Shown one piece after another: positions 18,178 to 27,969 of a DNA stretch of 34,244 nucleotides (its first letter is position 1; each line of letters starts with the position of its first letter). The notes below the pieces were generated by a model. That model had not been told where the DNA came from. It was given only the letters and a program-made list of their open reading frames with translations, and did no database searches. The stretch is taken from assembly GCA_964604995.1 (NCBI GenBank), contig CAZSAD010000017.1:1-34244 (forward strand), written 5' to 3'. The DNA is from an uncultured Methanosarcinales archaeon (lineage in GTDB: Archaea > Nanobdellota > Nanobdellia > Woesearchaeales > JABMPP01). Made by a program: the position numbers and the translations under genes.

Positions 18178-19629
18178 TTAATTACCTACTAGTTTATTTA
18201 AAACCTCGGCAATTTTTTTTCCATCGACTTTTCCTCTAAATTTTGACATAACTATTCCCATTAAAGCACCAGTAGTTTTCCCAGGATTTAATTCAACTAT
18301 TTTTTTAATTTCATCTTCTACATCTGAATCTGAAATTGTTTTAAATTTAGAGTAGTCAACTTTGTTTCCTTTTGTCAATTCAACAACTATATCAATAACT
18401 GCTTCTTTAGTAATTAATGAAGAGTTTAATTTTTCCAGAATCTCTTCAGAAAATTGTGTCATATCAACTTCAATATTAAATCTTCTTTTAATTTCCTTAG
18501 GCAAAGTTAAAAAATATTCTGCAAGAAATAAAGGTTTGATATTGGAATATTTTATTGATAGTGATTCAATATCTAATTTTTTAGATGCTACCATTTTAGC
18601 TAAATCTAAACTAAGTCCAAAATCAGAATAATATCTTTTGGTTTTATTTTCAATTAGTTCAGGAAGAATAATATTTTTACTATTGATTATTGTTGGATAC
18701 ACATCAGTTTCAGGATACATCCTATCAGAACTTGGCATTGGTCTTAAAAAAGAAGTTGTAAAATCCGGCTCTGCTTTTCTTACTTCTTCTTTTAATTTAT
18801 CACCTTTATGTAAAGCTTCAATTTGTCTTTTTATCTCAAATTCAATAACTTTTGGCATGCTTTTTAAATCTTGAAATCCTTTTATTTCGACACGGGGACT
18901 TCCTTTAATTGACAAATTTACATCTTGTCTTATAGATCCAATTCCTCTTTTTATTTTATCTAAGCTTCTAAGCACCATACCTAATTTTTCAGCGCATTCC
19001 ATTGCATGTATTGGATTTTTAATATCTGCATCAGTTGCAATTTCAATTAATGGAATTCCGAGCCTTGATAAATTATAAGTATCACTATCATCATTACGTT
19101 CTATTAATTGTGCTGATTCTTCTTCAAGACAAAGTGTTTGTATTCCCACATTTCCAAGAGAAGTTTCAATAAAACCGTTTCTTGCAATTAATGATGTTCT
19201 TTGAAATCCTGTTGTATTGGAACCATCAATCACCATTTTTCTCATTGTTTGCACTTGATCTACAAGTTTCATATTCAACAAAAGAGCTGCTTGCAATGCA
19301 ATATTCAAAGCTTCGTCACTAATTGGTCTTGGTGGTTCTTCATCTAATTCAACAAGACAACTACTTTCTGAAAAGTAATGATAAAAAAATTGTTTTCCTT
19401 TTTTCTGCTCATGCTCAGCTGCGACATCTATTTTTCCACTTTCTCCTGCTGCAGCTCTAAGTCTTCTCATCACAATTTTATCAGGTTTTCCAGTAGAGAT
19501 TATAGATTGACAATTACAAAATAGTTTTCTTGTCTCTAATTGTTGATGAATTTCAAGACCACATCTAAATCCTATTTCAGAATAATTAGTATTTGAATTT
19601 TCTTTTTCGATTGTTTCTTTTTTGCCCAT
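18178..19629 (-). CDS. gatE: Glu-tRNA(Gln) amidotransferase subunit E (short form)
   Basis: GLEIHQQL, KLFC, DEEPP, MRKMVIDGSNTTGFQRT, RLGIPLIEIAT, IRQDVN, RMYPETD; downstream of gatD. Confidence 0.93.
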   Translation of the reverse strand: MGKKETIEKENSNTNYSEIGFRCGLEIHQQLETRKLFCNCQSIISTGKPDKIVMRRLRAAAGESGKIDVAAEHEQKKGKQFFYHYFSESSCLVELDEEPPRPISDEALNIALQAALLLNMKLVDQVQTMRKMVIDGSNTTGFQRTSLIARNGFIETSLGNVGIQTLCLEEESAQLIERNDDSDTYNLSRLGIPLIEIATDADIKNPIHAMECAEKLGMVLRSLDKIKRGIGSIRQDVNLSIKGSPRVEIKGFQDLKSMPKVIEFEIKRQIEALHKGDKLKEEVRKAEPDFTTSFLRPMPSSDRMYPETDVYPTIINSKNIILPELIENKTKRYYSDFGLSLDLAKMVASKKLDIESLSIKYSNIKPLFLAEYFLTLPKEIKRRFNIEVDMTQFSEEILEKLNSSLITKEAVIDIVVELTKGNKVDYSKFKTISDSDVEDEIKKIVELNPGKTTGALMGIVMSKFRGKVDGKKIAEVLNKLVGN

Positions 19630-19664
19630 TTTAACCACAAAAATATTGAAATAATTATAAATTA

Positions 19665-20960
19665 TTAAATAAAAAATGACTCCTCTTTTGTCCTATAACT
19701 AATTTCACCACGTAAATTTTTTGACATGAGATCTGCAATTTCTTCTTTTTTGAAATTGCTTAAAAGCCAAACTAATTTGATATATGCTGTTTCTGGAGTA
19801 ATATCTGCATAATTGCCAACTACACCTAGTCCCATAAGCTCTCTTCCTGCAGAATAAACATTTGTTTGAACTCTACCATAAATAGTTTGAAGTGTAATTC
19901 CAACAACTGTTCCTGAATTTACTAACTGAAAAACCGCTTCTTTTATTTTTTGATTTTCTTTAGTATATTCATCAGTCATAATCATTGGGATATGACCAAG
20001 ACCAGTACCTTCTAAAATTAAACCATCAAAACCAAGATATGCTAAAAATTCACTTGCGTAAATATTAGGATGTAATTTTAAAAGTCCGACTTTAATACTT
20101 TCTCTTATTGGTAATAAATTTAATTTAGTTGTAGAATTTGCTTTTGGATATTCATTATCTATAATTTCAAATGTTTTTTTCTCAAAATCAACCCTAGCTA
20201 TAGGTTTTGCATTTATAGCTTTAAAGGCATCTCTTCTAGATGAATGCATTTTTCTTACTTTAGTTCCTGGAAGAATAAAACAAGTATTATCATTTATTGT
20301 TTCATGCATGCATATTCCAACACCTGCATAATCTGTTTGTGTTGCAAATATTGCTGCACTAATAATATTAACAGCTGCATCAGTACTTCCCCTATCTGAA
20401 CTTCTCTGAGCGCCAACTAATATTACTGGAATTGGTAAATTTTCAAGCATGAATGACAATGCAGCTGAAGTGTAATGCATAGTATCTGTACCGTGTGTAA
20501 TTATAATTCCCTTAACTCCTTCTTTAACTTCTTTTTCTATTTCTTTTGCAAGAATATTATAGTGTCCAAACCGCATATTTTCACTCATTATATTACCAAT
20601 TAATCTGCTTTTTAAATTTGCAATTTCCATTAATTCTGGAAATTTAGAAATGAGTTCTTCTGGAGTAAATTTTGCAACAACACCACCAGTTGCATAATCA
20701 ATTTTTGATGCAATTGTACCACCCATATGTAAAATAGTAATAGTAGGAAGGCCTTTTTTTGGTTTTAATTCAGGTATTTTATAATCTTTTTTTTCATATT
20801 TAGATAAAAGTTTGATGTCATTTATTTTTTTTCTATCTATTCCGACATTGTATCCATTATCTAATTTTAGTACTAAAAATTCACCATCTTGTGGCATTAA
20901 AACTCCAACAAATTCATCATCAGATGTTACAACTTGTATTCTATCTCCTGACTTTTCCAT
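19665..20960 (-). CDS. gatD: Glu-tRNA(Gln) amidotransferase subunit D
   Basis: KLDNGYNVG N-domain, GGTIASKIDYATG, HGTDTMHY, GAQRSSDR, KMHSSRRDAF, GTGLGH. Confidence 0.96.
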   Translation of the reverse strand: MEKSGDRIQVVTSDDEFVGVLMPQDGEFLVLKLDNGYNVGIDRKKINDIKLLSKYEKKDYKIPELKPKKGLPTITILHMGGTIASKIDYATGGVVAKFTPEELISKFPELMEIANLKSRLIGNIMSENMRFGHYNILAKEIEKEVKEGVKGIIITHGTDTMHYTSAALSFMLENLPIPVILVGAQRSSDRGSTDAAVNIISAAIFATQTDYAGVGICMHETINDNTCFILPGTKVRKMHSSRRDAFKAINAKPIARVDFEKKTFEIIDNEYPKANSTTKLNLLPIRESIKVGLLKLHPNIYASEFLAYLGFDGLILEGTGLGHIPMIMTDEYTKENQKIKEAVFQLVNSGTVVGITLQTIYGRVQTNVYSAGRELMGLGVVGNYADITPETAYIKLVWLLSNFKKEEIADLMSKNLRGEISYRTKEESFFI

Positions 20961-21066
20961 AAGAAAAAGAATTGTTTAATGATTTAAATAGTTTCTCTTA
21001 GAAACATTAAAATCCCCTGATTATAAATTTATTATAGCATTTGAAATAAATTTTAAAACCTAAATT

Positions 21067-21936
21067 TTAAGTTCTAGAAATTTCTTGGGCTAAAAGTTTA
21101 GCTACTGTAATTTTTGAAGTTTTAGTTTCTATTGTATCTGTTGATATGCAAATTGCTCCCAATTTTTGAAGTTTTGGTAGTGCGTTATCTGCAAATATTC
21201 CATGAACAGTGATACAATAAACTTTTTTGGCTCCAAATTTTTTTGCTTGTTTAACTGTTTCCATCATGGTATGACCAGTACTTATTATATCATCTACAAT
21301 AACAACATTTTTTCCTTTGACAAGACTTGGATTGTGTAATATAATTTTGACTTTTTTTGAATTGTATCTTTTCTTTTTTAGAACTGTTACATTACATTTT
21401 GCCATAGCTGCAACTTCTTGTGCCCATTGAAAACTTTCAGCATCTGGTCCAAGAACTGTTGCATCCCTAATATTTTTTTTAATATATTCTGAAAGAAGAG
21501 AATTTGCAGTTAAAGAAATTGCTTTAACTTTAAAAATTTCTTTTAAACTAGTGATTCGATGTAAATGTGGATCAATTGTTATAACTTCATCAAAAACACT
21601 AAGTAAATTTGCAACAACTTGATTAGATACACATTCACCAAAGTGAAATCTTTTATCTTGTCTCATGTATGCAAGATATGGTGCAACAAGAACCACTTTT
21701 TTTGCACCTAAATCTTTTGCAGTATATGCTGCAAAAATAACTTCAATTAATTTTTCATTTGGATTATTTAAAGTCTGAACAAGAACTACTGTTTTTCCTT
21801 CAACATTGTTACTAAATTTAAGATGTGTTTCACCGTCTGGAAATGACCCCACTTTTAAATTATAATAAGGTTTTTTAAGAAGTTTAGCTATTTTTTTAGC
21901 AAGATTAATTGAATCCGAGCATCCTACAATTATCAT
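21067..21936 (-). CDS. prs: Ribose-phosphate pyrophosphokinase (PRPP synthetase)
   Basis: FPDGE, PYLAYMRQDK, IDPHLH, GPD, VIVDDIISTGHTM, VHG. Confidence 0.95.
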   Translation of the reverse strand: MIIVGCSDSINLAKKIAKLLKKPYYNLKVGSFPDGETHLKFSNNVEGKTVVLVQTLNNPNEKLIEVIFAAYTAKDLGAKKVVLVAPYLAYMRQDKRFHFGECVSNQVVANLLSVFDEVITIDPHLHRITSLKEIFKVKAISLTANSLLSEYIKKNIRDATVLGPDAESFQWAQEVAAMAKCNVTVLKKKRYNSKKVKIILHNPSLVKGKNVVIVDDIISTGHTMMETVKQAKKFGAKKVYCITVHGIFADNALPKLQKLGAICISTDTIETKTSKITVAKLLAQEISRT

Positions 21937-22131
21937 AAGTTAAAATGAAAGTTGGGATTATATAAAATTTGTGTTTAACAAATAAATTGAACATCTTAAA
22001 TAAAGTGAAATATACCCAATACTACGTTTAGTGTTTACGAAAAAAATAGGTATATATACCAATAGAGATTTGAACTCCCAAATATATTTGAAAAGCATAA
22101 AAATATATATTTGAATCATTATTTTTTAGTT

Positions 22132-23124
22132 ATGCTTGATTTTGTAGATAATCCCTTAAGAGATAAATTATTGAGCTATGGATTCATAAAGGATTATTTA
22201 GAAAGAAAAATAAGTAAAGAGATTTTTCTAAAAAATTTGAATTCTTTTCTGCCCCAATTAAAAGAGAATGGAATAACTAGTGAAGATTTGACATTAATTT
22301 TAGATATTGAAGCATTATGGCCTAGCGAATTTTCTTATTTGTGGAGATTTTGGGGAGATATGTTAATAAGAATTGATGAGCAGTTAAGTAACTTATTTCC
22401 TAAAAATCTTTGGGAGAGTTTCTGGCAAACAAGAAAAGCAACTAAAATAGACCCCCACGGATTTGTCAGTTATTTCCCTTTAGAGAAGTATGATTTGATT
22501 ATAGCTTTAGATAAAGAAGGCAGATTGACATATTATGTATTAAATATCTTTGCCAAAATAAAATATAACTATAAAAAAATTCCACCATTCTTTATAATTA
22601 ATCACCACCAATTCCTGGGAAATTATAAATATCGTGAATCAATTTTACACAAGTTAATTGAAGAACAGCAAAAAGAAATGTCTAAACTATTAAATCAAGG
22701 GAAAAAAAGAGTACTAGTGATTGATGGAAGTAGTACTGGTTTAAGTCTTGATACAGCATCAACAGTATGTGAAGCACTAATTAGTTGTTATCCAAATAAT
22801 ATTTACAATGCTTTTGCACTTAGTGATACAACTAAACTTTTTTCGTCTCCACTAGACACTGGTGTCATTGATATGATAAGTAAAAAAAATAAAGTGAAAA
22901 ACATTGATTATGTTGAAAATGAAAAAGGAATTATAATTCCCAAGAAAAGTGAACGTTATGGTGTCGCACTAGAATATAAAGAAGAATGGCTTGAACAAAA
23001 ACCTACAATTCTTAGTACTGTTGATAGGACTACTGTTAATAAAGCGTCCAAATTTAGAAAATGGTTAATATTAAGAATTAAGTATTACATTAGGTTTGGC
23101 CATATTAGAAAATACACTACATAA
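22132..23124 (+). CDS. Hypothetical protein with degenerate phosphoribosyltransferase-like motifs
   Basis: YDLIIALDKEGR and KRVLVIDGSSTGLSL resemble the type I PRTase PPi loop and PRPP-binding motif; ATG at 22132 preferred over the track start at 22111. Confidence 0.55.
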   Translation: MLDFVDNPLRDKLLSYGFIKDYLERKISKEIFLKNLNSFLPQLKENGITSEDLTLILDIEALWPSEFSYLWRFWGDMLIRIDEQLSNLFPKNLWESFWQTRKATKIDPHGFVSYFPLEKYDLIIALDKEGRLTYYVLNIFAKIKYNYKKIPPFFIINHHQFLGNYKYRESILHKLIEEQQKEMSKLLNQGKKRVLVIDGSSTGLSLDTASTVCEALISCYPNNIYNAFALSDTTKLFSSPLDTGVIDMISKKNKVKNIDYVENEKGIIIPKKSERYGVALEYKEEWLEQKPTILSTVDRTTVNKASKFRKWLILRIKYYIRFGHIRKYTT

Positions 23125-23143
23125 TAAATATATTATATAGCAT

Positions 23144-23330
23144 AGTTCAAAGGATTGAACAAAATAAAAAGTCGTATAACCGAAAAAGTGATATTGCAAT
23201 TAAGTAATGTATTGACCGAGTTCAAAGGATTGAACAAAATAAAAAGTTCGTACAATCGAACAAAGTGAGATTGCAATTAAGTAATGTATTGACCGAGTTC
23301 AAAGGATTGAACAAAGTGAAATCCTTTTAA
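23144..23330. repeat. Imperfect ~76-nt tandem repeat (about 2.4 copies) with internal hairpins
   Basis: AGTTCAAAGGATTGAACAAA at 23144, 23219 and 23296 (spacings 75 and 77); TTGCAATTAAGTAATGTATTGACCG present twice. Confidence 0.9.
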
Positions 23331-23360
23331 TACTAGTTTCGTCGTTAATGGGCGAAACCA

Positions 23361-25865
23361 TTATCCCATATAAGCTGGTTTTTCTTCTTGCATTTCCTTT
23401 GCTTTGGCTGACCTAAAATGCTGCTGAATTTCTTCATAAGTTTTTTCAACTTCTTTGGTTACAGATGGCATCACTTTTTCCATAGCTGAATCAAAATGCT
23501 TAAGTTTTATGTCCTGAGCTTTCAAATCCTCGCGCAAAGCAATAATTGCAGCTTCTTTGCAAATAGCTTCAATGTCTGCACCAACATAATTCTCAGTTTT
23601 TTCTGCAAGATACAAAAGGAATTTTTCTCTTTCATTTAAATCTTTGAATTTTATTTTATCCTTTTTATCTTCTTTTTTCAAATCTTTAGAAGAATTTGTT
23701 TCCGAAGATTTTTGTTTTTTATCATTTATTTTAGTAGAAACTACTTGTTGTTCAGAATCTACATTGAGTACTTCTTCTCTGCCTGTAAAATCAAATTCCA
23801 AATCTTCACTAGGTTTCCAATCTTTAGGTATTGAATTATAATCAATTGGCATTTTTTTGGTATGCACTCTAAATATTGACATTCTACTTTTGCTTTCAGG
23901 CGCTGGAGTTAATATAATTCTATCAAACCTTCCAGGTCTAAGTAAAGCTGGATCAATAATATCAGGTCTATTTGTTGCAGCAATAATTACAACATCATTC
24001 ATCTGCTCCAAACCATCCATTTCTGTTAGCAATTGATTTACAACTCTTTCAGTTACATGATTATCGGAACTTGCACCTCTTCTTGGTGCAATAGAATCTA
24101 TCTCGTCAAAAAATATGATAGTTGGAGAAGTTTGTCTTGCTTTAGTAAATATTTTTCTAACTCCCCTTTCACTTTCACCGACCCATTGACTTAAAAGTTC
24201 TGGTCCTTTTACTAGTATAAAATTTGCAGAAGATTCTGTGGCAACAGCTTTTGCAAGTAGTGTTTTTCCTGTTCCAGGTGCACCATAAAGTAAAACTCCT
24301 CTTGGAGGCCTAACTCCTAATCTTTTGAATGCATCTGGATGTTTAAGTGGCCATTCTACTGCTTCAATTAATTCTTGTTTTATATTTTCTAATCCACCAA
24401 TATCTTCCCATTTAATATTTGGAATTTCAACAAGAACTTCCCTCATGGCTGAAGGCCTTACAACTTTTAGAGCATCTTTAAAATCTTTTTGTGTAATTTT
24501 TAATTGATCTAAAATTTCATTCGGAATTGGTTCATCTTCCCTTAATTTAAGCTCTGGTAAAATTCTTCTTAAAACAATCATTGCTGACTCTTTTGCAAGT
24601 GCAGCTAGATCTGCACCAACAAAACCATGAGTTATTTCTGCCATCTTTTCTAATTCAACTTTTTCTTTTCCTTTAGTTTCAAGTGGCATATTTCTAGTAT
24701 GAATTTTTAAAATATTTAATCTGCCTTCTTTTCTTGGAACACCAATTTCTATTTCCCTATCAAATCTTCCAGGTCTTCTAAGAGCAACATCAAGTGCATT
24801 TGGAATATTTGTTGCTGCAATAACAACAACTTTTCCTCTGCTTTTTAGTCCATCCATGAGTGCTAAAAGCTGAGCAACAACTCTTCTTTCAACTTCCCCT
24901 TTGGATTCTTCTCTTTTTGAAGCTATTGCATCTATTTCATCAATGAAAATAATTGATGGTGCATTCTTCTCTGCTTCTTCAAATTTATTTCTTAAATTTT
25001 CTTCTGATTGTCCATAATATTTACTCATAATTTCAGGACCATTGATTAAAAGAAAATGTGAATTTGTCTCATTTGCAACTGCTTTAGCTAGAAGTGTTTT
25101 TCCTGTCCCAGGCGGACCATGAAGCAAAACTCCTTTAGGTGCTTCAATTCCCAATCTTCCAAAAATTTCAGGATGTTTTAATGGGAGCTCTACCATTTCC
25201 CTGACTTTTTTCATTTCATCTTCTAAGCCACCTATATCTTCATAGGTTACTTCAAGCATTTCCTCTTCTTTTAATTCAACTGCCTGAGGATTTAATTCAA
25301 CTTCAGTTAGTTCAGTAATTATAACTGGGCCTTTAGGATTTGAATCTGCAACAATAAATTTTAAATCACCAAAACCAAAACCAGTCATATTTTCTTCTAG
25401 AGTATTAAAAATATCATCAAAGAATGGGCTTTGTGTCATTGTACTTCTTCTTGATCTAGTACCACCTAAAGAAACAATATCTCCTTTTGTTAATGCCCTA
25501 CCTAAAAGACCTTGCTTAAACAATACTGAAGATGCTCTAACCATAATTCCTTTTTTGGCAGGTGCAATAATTACTTTTTTAGCTTCTTTTACACTACTAG
25601 ATTTTCTAACCAAAACAACTTCTCCAATTCCAGTTTTAGCATTTCTTCTAATAATTCCATCCATGCGTATAACTGATAACCCAATATCACCAGGATATGC
25701 TCTATCAACTATTGCAACAGTTTCTCTTTCTCCTTTAATGAACACAATATCTCCTGGTTTAGCATCAATATCGTGCATATAACTAGAATCAATTCTAACA
25801 ATACCCTTGTTTACATCATCTTGTACTGCTTCTGCAACTTTTAATTTAAGCTCTTTTTCTGCCAT
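23361..25865 (-). CDS. cdc48: Cdc48/VCP (VAT) AAA+ ATPase
   Basis: N domain plus two AAA modules (GPPGTGKT...IFIDEID...[14 protein letters not shown]...FFDEID...RPGRFD); C-terminal HbYX-like AYMG. Confidence 0.97.
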   Translation of the reverse strand: MAEKELKLKVAEAVQDDVNKGIVRIDSSYMHDIDAKPGDIVFIKGERETVAIVDRAYPGDIGLSVIRMDGIIRRNAKTGIGEVVLVRKSSSVKEAKKVIIAPAKKGIMVRASSVLFKQGLLGRALTKGDIVSLGGTRSRRSTMTQSPFFDDIFNTLEENMTGFGFGDLKFIVADSNPKGPVIITELTEVELNPQAVELKEEEMLEVTYEDIGGLEDEMKKVREMVELPLKHPEIFGRLGIEAPKGVLLHGPPGTGKTLLAKAVANETNSHFLLINGPEIMSKYYGQSEENLRNKFEEAEKNAPSIIFIDEIDAIASKREESKGEVERRVVAQLLALMDGLKSRGKVVVIAATNIPNALDVALRRPGRFDREIEIGVPRKEGRLNILKIHTRNMPLETKGKEKVELEKMAEITHGFVGADLAALAKESAMIVLRRILPELKLREDEPIPNEILDQLKITQKDFKDALKVVRPSAMREVLVEIPNIKWEDIGGLENIKQELIEAVEWPLKHPDAFKRLGVRPPRGVLLYGAPGTGKTLLAKAVATESSANFILVKGPELLSQWVGESERGVRKIFTKARQTSPTIIFFDEIDSIAPRRGASSDNHVTERVVNQLLTEMDGLEQMNDVVIIAATNRPDIIDPALLRPGRFDRIILTPAPESKSRMSIFRVHTKKMPIDYNSIPKDWKPSEDLEFDFTGREEVLNVDSEQQVVSTKINDKKQKSSETNSSKDLKKEDKKDKIKFKDLNEREKFLLYLAEKTENYVGADIEAICKEAAIIALREDLKAQDIKLKHFDSAMEKVMPSVTKEVEKTYEEIQQHFRSAKAKEMQEEKPAYMG

Positions 25866-26020
25866 AAGTTATCACTTCGCTTTTAGCATTTGTCTTTTAA
25901 GCATATTATCTTTTAGATATATTATTTTTGTTTATTTAATTATTAAATAACTACTAAAATAAAAAAGTATGCTAAATACTTTAAAATAATATAATAAAAA
26001 TAAAAAATATTATTAAATAT

Positions 26021-26428
26021 TTATTGAACATTGACTTTTGGCAATGGTATTGGTGAAGGTAAATTGACTTCCCTTGATAGTACAATTGCTTCCACATTAC
26101 ATTTTTGTAGTATTGCCGTTAGAATTTCAGGCATAACATCCTTATTAATTTTCTTGTCTTTTTTCCATTCCTTCAAGATTTCTTTTGCTTTTTTGTCATC
26201 TGTGACATATAAAGCTTCACCTTCAAGAAGGATATTGCCATAATTTGTCTCAAATTTAGCAGTGAATTCAAATGAGAATTTCAATGTTTTTTGAGTGTCT
26301 TTCTCAAAACCAAGTGTCATCTCTTCAACGCTTTTAACTTGAACATTGTTCTCTACGTTTATTTGTTGACCCTTGCCTTCTGTTCTTTGTGCGCTAACTT
26401 TTGTAAATGCAAAACCTGCTATTGGCAT
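26021..26428 (-). CDS. Conserved archaeal hypothetical protein (possible SecB-like fold)
   Basis: Beta-rich N-half (LKFSFEF...ILLEGE), helix, and C-terminal NLPSPIPLP; GGTGA SD; upstream of cdc48. Confidence 0.7.
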   Translation of the reverse strand: MPIAGFAFTKVSAQRTEGKGQQINVENNVQVKSVEEMTLGFEKDTQKTLKFSFEFTAKFETNYGNILLEGEALYVTDDKKAKEILKEWKKDKKINKDVMPEILTAILQKCNVEAIVLSREVNLPSPIPLPKVNVQ

Positions 26429-26558
26429 ATTGTATCACCAAGCAGTGCGAAAAAAGCCTACTTTTTAAAGATATCGGGAAAAAAGTAGAAAATGACTTAT
26501 CTTGAGCAGCATCCAAATATCAGCAAGATATAAAACCTACCTCCAATTACTAATTTTA

Positions 26559-27320
26559 ATGAAGCTTTTAGTTGATGTGCATGCACATTTGGATTTAAAA
26601 CAGTTTGAAAATGATATAGATGAAGTTATAGATAGAGCAAAAGTTGCAGGAGTTAAAGCAATTATTTGTAATTCTACAACTCCAAAATCGATGAGAGAAA
26701 CAATTAAAATCTCAAAAAAGTATGGTGATATTATAAAACTTGCTTTAGGAATATTTCCAACAGATGCAACAAAGCTTTCAAAAGAAGAAATAGAATCTGA
26801 AATTGAATTTATAAGAAATCACAAAAAACAAATCGTTGCAATTGGAGAGATTGGTCTTGATTTCCATTGGGAAAAAGATGAAAACAATAGGAATAGACAA
26901 ATCGAAATTTTCAAAAAATTTTTATCATTAGCTAAAGAAATTGATAAACCAATTATTGTTCATACTTGGGATGCTGAACTAAAAGTTATTGAAATTTTAG
27001 AAGAAGAAAAAATGAAAAGAGTAGTAATGCATTGTTTTTCCGGTAAGATGGAACTTGTAAAAAGAATTGAATCTAATAAATGGATGTTTTCCATACCTGC
27101 AAATATCGTTTTTTCGCAGCATTTTCAAAATGTTGTAAAAAATATTTCAATTAACCAAATTTTGACAGAAACTGATGCACCTTATCTAAGTCCAATAAAA
27201 GGACAAAGAAATGAACCATCTAATGTTGCCCTAACAATTAAAAAAATTGCAGAAATAAAAGGCATAACTGTTGAAGAAGTAGAGAATAATATTTTTATGA
27301 ATTACCAAAATGTTTTTTGA
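26559..27320 (+). CDS. tatD: TatD family nuclease
   Basis: DVHAH, AIGEIGLD, IVH, MHCFSG, ILTETDAPYL, NEP; ATG at 26559. Confidence 0.93.
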   Translation: MKLLVDVHAHLDLKQFENDIDEVIDRAKVAGVKAIICNSTTPKSMRETIKISKKYGDIIKLALGIFPTDATKLSKEEIESEIEFIRNHKKQIVAIGEIGLDFHWEKDENNRNRQIEIFKKFLSLAKEIDKPIIVHTWDAELKVIEILEEEKMKRVVMHCFSGKMELVKRIESNKWMFSIPANIVFSQHFQNVVKNISINQILTETDAPYLSPIKGQRNEPSNVALTIKKIAEIKGITVEEVENNIFMNYQNVF

Positions 27321-27444
27321 AATTATAATTTAAATTAAATTTATTTTTAGATATTTTTTAAATCTTGTTAATTAATCACTACTATTCAGTACTGATTATT
27401 TTGGTATTTAGCAAAGCTTTTTAAATAACCAACATTTTGTAAGC

Positions 27445-27969
27445 TACATTACGCATAGCGTAAATGGGTCCTCGCCAAGCTTTACGTGATGTAAATGCTA
27501 TGAATCCGAGACACTCTTACGCATTTCAGCCCATCACAGAGAAGCTTGAAAGAGCAAACGATTCGTCGTGCTATGAACCCAAGAGTTAGTGAATGGGCAT
27601 CAAACCTTAATCAAATAAATTATTATAAATAAAAGTGACACAATAATAAAATAAATTTCATATTCGCAAAAGCATAAAGAACAAGCTTATCATACATTAT
27701 CATTATTACTCAAGTGACAAAATTTAGGATGAATTGGGTCAAATGATTAAACAGACTTAAGATAAGGCATAACTTAGCCTCTTAAAATTAAATGTAGTAG
27801 CTTGTTCTAAAGGAGAAGCATAATATGATCATAGGTTCATCAGTTTCATGCGGTAATAAACTGCCAGAAATAGATTAGCCAACAATATAATTTAGATAAC
27901 AAGGTATTGTAAAAGTGTGCTTCTTCTATAATTTGCTTAATAAACTTTAGCGAAGCGGAGGTAATTAAT
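27445..27969 (+). promoter_or_regulatory. Long structured leader or ncRNA upstream of dnaG
   Basis: BRE/TATA-like GCAAAGC-TTTTTAAA at 27411-27425; nested stems, a UUCG hairpin and long-range 9-10-bp helices; GGAGGT SD at 27957-27962. Confidence 0.5.

Noticed and set aside
23144..23330. CRISPR mini-array
   Set aside because: The sequences between the palindromic 20-mers are near-identical to each other rather than unique spacers, and no cas genes are in the window.
27321..27969. Replication origin upstream of dnaG
   Set aside because: No ORB-like GTTCCAGTGGAAAC repeats and no cdc6/orc1 gene in the window.
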